Shown here piece after piece: positions 58,154-64,000 of a stretch of DNA of 64,000 bases. Position numbers and translations under genes: made by a program. Numbering within the stretch: position 1 is the first letter of the stretch; each line of letters starts with the position of its first letter. The notes under the pieces were generated by a model that saw nothing but the letters and a program-made list of their open reading frames with translations, did no database searches and was not told where the DNA came from. Origin of the DNA: an uncultured Candidatus Saccharibacteria bacterium (GTDB lineage: Bacteria; Patescibacteriota; Doudnabacteria; UBA920); assembly GCA_964473815.1 (NCBI GenBank), contig CAYYQK010000001.1:881-64880 (forward strand), given 5' to 3'.

Positions 58154-58605
58154 TGAAGTATAAAAGTTTTGCATCTGGATATCTTGTAAAAGATGGCAAG
58201 GTGTTACTGGTACATCATAATAAATTTGATAAATGGACTCCGCCCGGTGGGCACATGGAAGATGGCGAAACACCTGCAGAAACAGCCATTCGAGAAATTA
58301 AAGAAGAACTTGGTTTGGATATGGAAATTATTTCTGCCATGCCGCAATTCTTCGCTGGTGACGATAACGCAACACCTATTCCAATGCCGTTTTACATGGA
58401 CCTGGAAGTCGAAGGTTTTGATGTTCCGCACATTGGTCACTTCTTTTATGTAAAAGAGGTTGGTGAGCCAGGTGAGATTAAACATCAAGAAGATGAGTTG
58501 CACGGCGCTGGTTGGTTTACCAAGGACGAATTAAAAGATTTAAAAACATTCGATCAAGTGCGCGCAGTTGCGGCTTATGCAATAGATAATTATCCGAAAG
58601 ATTAA
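58153..58605 (+). CDS. NUDIX hydrolase
   Basis: GGHMEDGETPAETAIREIKEELG Nudix box. Confidence 0.92.
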   Translation: MKYKSFASGYLVKDGKVLLVHHNKFDKWTPPGGHMEDGETPAETAIREIKEELGLDMEIISAMPQFFAGDDNATPIPMPFYMDLEVEGFDVPHIGHFFYVKEVGEPGEIKHQEDELHGAGWFTKDELKDLKTFDQVRAVAAYAIDNYPKD

Positions 58606-58620
58606 AGTAAGAAAAAAGTT

Positions 58621-60075
58621 ATGTCAGATTTTAAGAAAAAAGGGTTAACTCCCAAATCAGAAAATATTTCCGGTTGGTATAACGACATTGTTGTGTTGGC
58701 CGACTTGGCTGACTATTCCGATGTAAAAGGAAGTATGATCATTAAACAACATGGTTATGCGATTTGGGAAAAAGTTCAGGCATATTTGGACGCCAAGTTT
58801 AAAGAAGGTGGTGTTGAGAATGTTTATTTCCCACTGTTTATTCCGATGTCACTTTTGGAAAAAGAGAAAGATCACTTAGAAGGTTTTTCACCAGAGTTGG
58901 CTGTAGTTACTCATGCTGGTGGGGAAGAGTTGAGCGAGCCTTATGCAGTGCGACCGACATCTGAAACAATCATGTATGACACTTTTGCTAAGTGGATTAA
59001 GAGCTATCGCGATTTGCCTTTGCTTGTAAACCAGTGGTGTAATGTGGTGCGTTGGGAAAAACGCACGCGTCCTTTTTTGCGCACATCAGAATTTTTATGG
59101 CAAGAAGGTCATACTGTGCACCAAACAAATGAACAGGCACAAGAAATGACTTTGAAGGCTTTGGGATGGTATCGCAGTTTTTTTGAAGATGTCTTTGCCA
59201 TTTCTGCATACGTTGGCGTAAAGAGCGAAAGCGAAAAGTTTGCTGGTGCAGACAAAACTTACACAATTGAACTTGTTATGCCAGATGGAAAAGCTTTGCA
59301 ATCGGCAACATCACACAACTTAGGACAAAATTTTTCCAAAGTATTTAATATTGAATTTTTGGATGATAAGAACGAAAAGCAAAACCCATGGCAAACTTCA
59401 TGGGGTCTTTCAACGCGTTCGATTGGGGGTTTGATTTTAGCCCACGGCGATGACGCAGGTTTAGTATTGCCGCCTAATGCAGCGCCAATTCAGGTAGCTG
59501 TAATTGTTATGGAAGATAAAGACGAAGCTAAGCAAGCAAAGATTAATGAGTTTGCCGAAGATGTGGTTGCTAAATTAAAGTCTGCTGCTATTCGCGCAAA
59601 GTTAGATAATGCGTTCAATGAATCTTTTGGTAGCCGCATTAACAAGTGGGAGTTAAAAGGAATTCCATTGCGTTTTGAAGTTGGTGGCAAAGAAGTAGAA
59701 GGTGGGCAAGTGAAGTGGGTGCGTCGTGATGTTGCAGAAAAAGGTTTTCTGGCTGTTGGTGAAATCGAAGCAGAAATTCCTAAGGTGATGACTTATATTC
59801 AAAGCGAAATGTTGAAGAAGTCAAAGAAGGTGAAGGAAGATCTTACAAAAGAGGCGAGTGACTTTGATGCATACAAAAATATTTTAGAAAATGATCGTGC
59901 TCTTGCTCGCGTGTTCTGGTGCGAAGAAGCTGAATGCGAAGCGCAGATTAAAGAGGCAACAAAGTCTGTGTCACGCTGCCTTGAACTAGAAAACGAAAAC
60001 ATGAACGAGTCCGCAAAATGCTTCCATTGCGGTAAACCAGCCAAACGCAAGTGGCTGTTCGGACAGGCTTATTAA
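58621..60075 (+). CDS. proS: Prolyl-tRNA synthetase (archaeal/eukaryotic type)
   Basis: RPTSET, VVRWE..PFLRTSEFLWQEGH, SWGLSTR, C-terminal Zn domain ending AY. Confidence 0.96.
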   Translation: MSDFKKKGLTPKSENISGWYNDIVVLADLADYSDVKGSMIIKQHGYAIWEKVQAYLDAKFKEGGVENVYFPLFIPMSLLEKEKDHLEGFSPELAVVTHAGGEELSEPYAVRPTSETIMYDTFAKWIKSYRDLPLLVNQWCNVVRWEKRTRPFLRTSEFLWQEGHTVHQTNEQAQEMTLKALGWYRSFFEDVFAISAYVGVKSESEKFAGADKTYTIELVMPDGKALQSATSHNLGQNFSKVFNIEFLDDKNEKQNPWQTSWGLSTRSIGGLILAHGDDAGLVLPPNAAPIQVAVIVMEDKDEAKQAKINEFAEDVVAKLKSAAIRAKLDNAFNESFGSRINKWELKGIPLRFEVGGKEVEGGQVKWVRRDVAEKGFLAVGEIEAEIPKVMTYIQSEMLKKSKKVKEDLTKEASDFDAYKNILENDRALARVFWCEEAECEAQIKEATKSVSRCLELENENMNESAKCFHCGKPAKRKWLFGQAY

Positions 60076-60201
60076 ATACAAGTTCATTATCAATAACTAC
60101 TTAGTTTACAACCCGCAGAAATCCAGCTAATATACATAGAGACGGCTGGATTTTTTGTACAGATTTTGCCGAAACCGGGCATTCCTTAGACACAAATATC
60201 A

Positions 60202-61254
60202 ATGTTAGACCCTTTATTTAAGCGATTTTCTCAAGACCTAGGCATCGACTTAGGCACAGCTAATACCCTCGTCTATGTAAAAGGCAAGGGTATTGTTATC
60301 AATGAGCCGAGCGTGGTAGCTGTGAACCAGCGCACCAAGCAGATTTTGGCGATTGGCAGTGACGCGCAAAGAATGGTAGGTCGCACCCCAACGCATATTG
60401 TTGCTACACGCCCTCTCGTTGACGGCGTGATTTCTGATTTCGAAATTACTGAAGCTATGCTTCGTTACTTTATTGATAAAGTTCACAACCAAACTTATTC
60501 TTTTTTGCGTCGCCCTCGCGTTGTGATTGGAATTCCTAGCGGCGTAACAGAAGTAGAAAAACGCGCGGTGCAGGATGCGGCTATTAACGCCGGAGCGCGC
60601 GAAGCTTATTTAATAGAAGAACCAATGGCGGCAAGTATTGGCGCGCGACTTCCAGTGCAAGAAGCACAAGGTTCGATGATCGTAGACATCGGTGGTGGTA
60701 CAACCGAAATCGCAGTGCTGTCACTTGGCGGTGTTGTAATTGCGCGTAGTGTTCGCACTGCAGGCGATGCAATGAACGAACAAATTGTGCAATACGCTCG
60801 CGATCATTTTGGGATGTTAATTGGTTTGCGCAGTGCAGAAGAAATGAAAATGAAAGTTGGCAGCTGCTATCATTTAGCAGAACCTCTGGCTGCGCAATTG
60901 CGCGGTCGCGATCTTGTATCAGGACTTCCAAAAGAAATTACTGTTACCGACACGCACATTCGCGAAGCACTTGCACCTGCGATCAAAGTTATTATCAACA
61001 ACATCAAAGCTGTTATAGAAGAAATTCCACCAGAAATTATTTCGGATATTATGCACCGCGGAATTATTTTAGCCGGTGGTGGCGCCATGCTGCGCGGCTT
61101 CGACCAGCTCGTGCGCGACGAAACTCAAATGCCAGTAACTATTGCCGACGATCCATTAACTTGCGTTGTGCGCGGGACTGGCATTGTAGTCGAAGATCTC
61201 GAAAGCCTGAAAGAAGTACTCCTTCCAACTGACTTCAGCAGAATTCCACGCTAG
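60202..61254 (+). CDS. mreB: Rod shape-determining protein MreB
   Basis: GIDLGTANT, EEPMAA and DIGGGTTE motifs. Confidence 0.97.
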   Translation: MLDPLFKRFSQDLGIDLGTANTLVYVKGKGIVINEPSVVAVNQRTKQILAIGSDAQRMVGRTPTHIVATRPLVDGVISDFEITEAMLRYFIDKVHNQTYSFLRRPRVVIGIPSGVTEVEKRAVQDAAINAGAREAYLIEEPMAASIGARLPVQEAQGSMIVDIGGGTTEIAVLSLGGVVIARSVRTAGDAMNEQIVQYARDHFGMLIGLRSAEEMKMKVGSCYHLAEPLAAQLRGRDLVSGLPKEITVTDTHIREALAPAIKVIINNIKAVIEEIPPEIISDIMHRGIILAGGGAMLRGFDQLVRDETQMPVTIADDPLTCVVRGTGIVVEDLESLKEVLLPTDFSRIPR

Positions 61255-61267
61255 TAATTAAAACAAA

Positions 61268-62068
61268 ATGCGTTTCATCTATTCAAAAGCATTCGTAATT
61301 TTTGCCAGTGTCTTAGTGGTAATTATAATTGGTTTAGTAATGCAATCCAAAGGTTGGTTGCAGCCGATTGAATATGGGTTACTACAAGCGCCTCGTCCGG
61401 TAGCCAGTGTGGTACGTACTGTAGCTAGTCCTATTCGTACGTTGTTTTCTACATTAGGGTCACTCCGCTCTGTAGTTCGCGAAAACACGCAATTACGTGG
61501 CCAAGTTGCGCAGCTTCAGCAGCAACAAGTTCAGTACGATAAAATCAAAAGCGACAATGATTTACTCAGGAACGAACTGAAGTTTAAAGGCCAATCAAAA
61601 CTTGATCTTGAGCCGTGTACTGTACTATCTGTTGATCCGGAACAATTAAGCGATGCTATGATTTTATCTTGTGGTAAAGAACAGGGGATACAAGAAGGTC
61701 AGGCTGTAATTAGCCAAGGCTACTTAGTTGCGAAAATTACTTATGTCGGCAGTTATACAAGCACCGCCCTATTAATTTCCAATTCAAATTCTTCCATCGA
61801 TGCACAGGTTTCCAAAAACAACACCGAAGGAGTAGTAAAAGGTTCGTTTGGATCTGGCATGCTTCTCGACTTAGTTTCGCAAAACGCTGACGTCCAACCG
61901 GGTGACCTTGTTGTTACAGCTGGGATCAATCCAAGAATTCCAAAAGATATTCTCATTGGTCAGATCGGTCAGATTATTTCTGGCCCTAATGACTTGTTTA
62001 AAAAGATGAGCGTGACCTCGCCGGTGCGCCAACGCGCCGTTGAGTTTGTGTTTGTCGCCAAACAGTAG
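61268..62068 (+). CDS. mreC: Rod shape-determining protein MreC
   Basis: TM, coiled coil, GDLVVTAG..PKDILIG; follows mreB. Confidence 0.92.
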   Translation: MRFIYSKAFVIFASVLVVIIIGLVMQSKGWLQPIEYGLLQAPRPVASVVRTVASPIRTLFSTLGSLRSVVRENTQLRGQVAQLQQQQVQYDKIKSDNDLLRNELKFKGQSKLDLEPCTVLSVDPEQLSDAMILSCGKEQGIQEGQAVISQGYLVAKITYVGSYTSTALLISNSNSSIDAQVSKNNTEGVVKGSFGSGMLLDLVSQNADVQPGDLVVTAGINPRIPKDILIGQIGQIISGPNDLFKKMSVTSPVRQRAVEFVFVAKQ

Positions 62069-62083
62069 CAGGTATTTTTATTT

Positions 62084-62614
62084 ATGCGTTACATAATTTA
62101 CATTATTTTGATTGGCGCGCTCATTGGGATTACCTTTGGATTGTTCAGCGTGTGGGGCTGGCGCGGCATGGTTCCGGATTTTGTTTTGTTGTTAGTCATT
62201 GCACTGTCGGTCGTGTTTGAAAATTATGATTATTTATTTGCCGCTGTGCTAGGCGGCATTTGGCTAGACATAGTTTATGGCCTACCAATCGGTAGTTTCT
62301 CAATTCCATTAACGGTTTGCGGTGCTCTCAGTGGATTTGTCCTGCGCCGATGGTTATTTGCCGAAGTGCGTTGGTATCATTTTTTGGGGGCAATTGCCGC
62401 CGCAACAGTTTTAGTAAAACTTTGGATTTGGGGATACACTAATATGCTGTTTATCTTCAATTGGCATTCGTTCGGAATCTCCTCAAAACAAATTTTTGGT
62501 AACTTAGTCTTTAGTATTTTGGCCAATGCAATTTTGGGATATCCAGTATATGTAATAGTCGAAATGTTTGCTCGTTCGCAACTTCGTTGGCAAAAGCATC
62601 GCTTAAAAATATAA
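62084..62614 (+). CDS. mreD: Rod shape-determining protein MreD
   Basis: Polytopic; PDFVLL and G.WLD motifs; lies between mreC and pbp2. Confidence 0.85.
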   Translation: MRYIIYIILIGALIGITFGLFSVWGWRGMVPDFVLLLVIALSVVFENYDYLFAAVLGGIWLDIVYGLPIGSFSIPLTVCGALSGFVLRRWLFAEVRWYHFLGAIAAATVLVKLWIWGYTNMLFIFNWHSFGISSKQIFGNLVFSILANAILGYPVYVIVEMFARSQLRWQKHRLKI

Positions 62615-62625
62615 TTTTTTGTTGA

Positions 62626-64000
62626 ATGAAACTGACTCCTAAAAATCCATTTGATATAGAAGGATCAGATGCGGCCAAGCAAGACCGCCGTTCTTTGGAT
62701 TGGGAAGAAAGCGCGGCCGATACTCAAACTGATGTGGAAGGTTTTGCCGGTGTTGAAAGAACGCCGTTTTCATCACGCTGGCTGAGTATATTTATTTTGG
62801 CAGCGTGTGCGGCGTTAGTAGTACAGCTGTTTAATTTACAAATAAAGCAGGGGAAAGAATTGAAAAGTTTGGCCGAAGGCAACCGCCTTCGCATTCAAAC
62901 AATTTTGGCGCCACGCGGTTATATCGAGGATCGCAACGGTGAACAACTAGCGCGCAATACCGCAAGTTTTAGCTTGGTTGTCACTCCTTTAGACGTGCCA
63001 AAAGATGGTCTTGACCAGATCATCGACCAGATTGGGCAGATGTTTAGTATTCCCCAAGAAGAAATCAAAGATAAACTTAAAAACCTTGATCGTAACTCTC
63101 TCCAGCAAATTGTAATTAAACGCGGCGTAACGCAACAAGAAAGCATTCTTTTCGAAACCAAAACCGATCAATTTGCAGGTTTTAGTATTAAAAGTATTCC
63201 AATTCGTGAATATTTGGATCCTGAAACTTTTTCGCACGTTCTTGGTTATACTGGAGTGATATCAGATAATGATCTTAGCGAGAAAGAAAAAGAAGGTTAT
63301 GACATCAATGACTTTATAGGTAAGTCAGGGATTGAACTTTCATACGAAAAATATTTACGCGGCGTTAATGGCAACACGCAAATGGAAGTCGATGCTAGTG
63401 GTCGTCCAATAAAAGTGTTAGGTAATGTGGATCCGCAGCCGGGCAATATCGTTAAGTTAAGCATCGATGCGGGGTTGCAAAAAGAAATTTATAAAAACTT
63501 TACTTCGCACGGGCCAAATGTAAAAGGCGCAGTAGTTGCTATGAATCCTAAAACCGGGGAAATTCTCGCGTTAGTTTCCGTACCAGGCTACAATAATAAT
63601 TTGTTTGCCAATGGAATCTCTGGTAACGATTACAAAAATCTCATTGATAACAAAAATTTGCCGTTATTTGACCGGGCAATCTCTGGTGCGTACCCGCCGG
63701 GTTCAACTATTAAATTAGTCGGTGCTGCGGCAGCGCTGCAAGAAGGCGTCATAACAGACAAAACAGTAATTAATGATACTGGAAATTTGGTCATTCCAAA
63801 CCAATACAACCCGAGCATCAAATATAATTTTTACGGTTGGAAAAAATCCGGCTTAGGACCAATGACTGTTCGTAGCGCGATTGCCGAAAGCAGTGATATC
63901 TTTTTCTATGTTGCTGGTGGCGGTCATCCAAGCTCTAAAATCGATGGGCTTGGCGCAGAACGCTTAGCCAGTTATTACAGAAAGTTTGGAATGGGCGCAA
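62626..64000 (+). CDS. mrdA: Penicillin-binding protein 2 (3'-truncated by window edge)
   Basis: Read manually from ATG 62626: TM, LQIKQG..AEGNR..APRGYIEDRNG, GKSGIE, YPPGSTIK (SxxK). Confidence 0.93.
   Translation, partial: MKLTPKNPFDIEGSDAAKQDRRSLDWEESAADTQTDVEGFAGVERTPFSSRWLSIFILAACAALVVQLFNLQIKQGKELKSLAEGNRLRIQTILAPRGYIEDRNGEQLARNTASFSLVVTPLDVPKDGLDQIIDQIGQMFSIPQEEIKDKLKNLDRNSLQQIVIKRGVTQQESILFETKTDQFAGFSIKSIPIREYLDPETFSHVLGYTGVISDNDLSEKEKEGYDINDFIGKSGIELSYEKYLRGVNGNTQMEVDASGRPIKVLGNVDPQPGNIVKLSIDAGLQKEIYKNFTSHGPNVKGAVVAMNPKTGEILALVSVPGYNNNLFANGISGNDYKNLIDNKNLPLFDRAISGAYPPGSTIKLVGAAAALQEGVITDKTVINDTGNLVIPNQYNPSIKYNFYGWKKSGLGPMTVRSAIAESSDIFFYVAGGGHPSSKIDGLGAERLASYYRKFGMGA

Overview
Chromosomal segment of a small-genome bacterium read in standard code 11. 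Gene content (PrgI/VirB4/VirB6-like cluster, DUF5667 anti-sigma, type-2 IleRS, archaeal-type ProRS, mostly leaderless core genes) suggests Patescibacteria/CPR; this is inference. The left edge is the end of a low-GC element whose large serine recombinase runs into the 3' end of tmRNA. The rest is mainly housekeeping: smpB, argS, ileS, recO, pcrA, rsmA, radA, recG, comF, clpC, recX, lemA, gatCAB, miaA, holB, frr, rseP, proS, mreBCD and pbp2. There are also three canonical tRNAs, a T4SS-like cluster, an ECF sigma/anti-sigma pair and several orphan cassettes. The most striking signal is two divergent, atypical tRNA(GUC)-like genes (4018-4091 and 12473-12548, minus strand). Both carry alanine identity elements (G3.U70, A73) and sit behind a near-identical upstream motif. 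Each is followed, before its terminator, by a trailer antisense to its own anticodon arm and D-arm, suggesting a self-locking tRNA/6S-like RNA switch. Also notable: a leader-peptide-controlled ATP-grasp plus GAT-II module, an 11-bp-periodic operator family near competence/recombination genes, and several unexplained long RNA hairpins. All folds and family assignments were made by eye.
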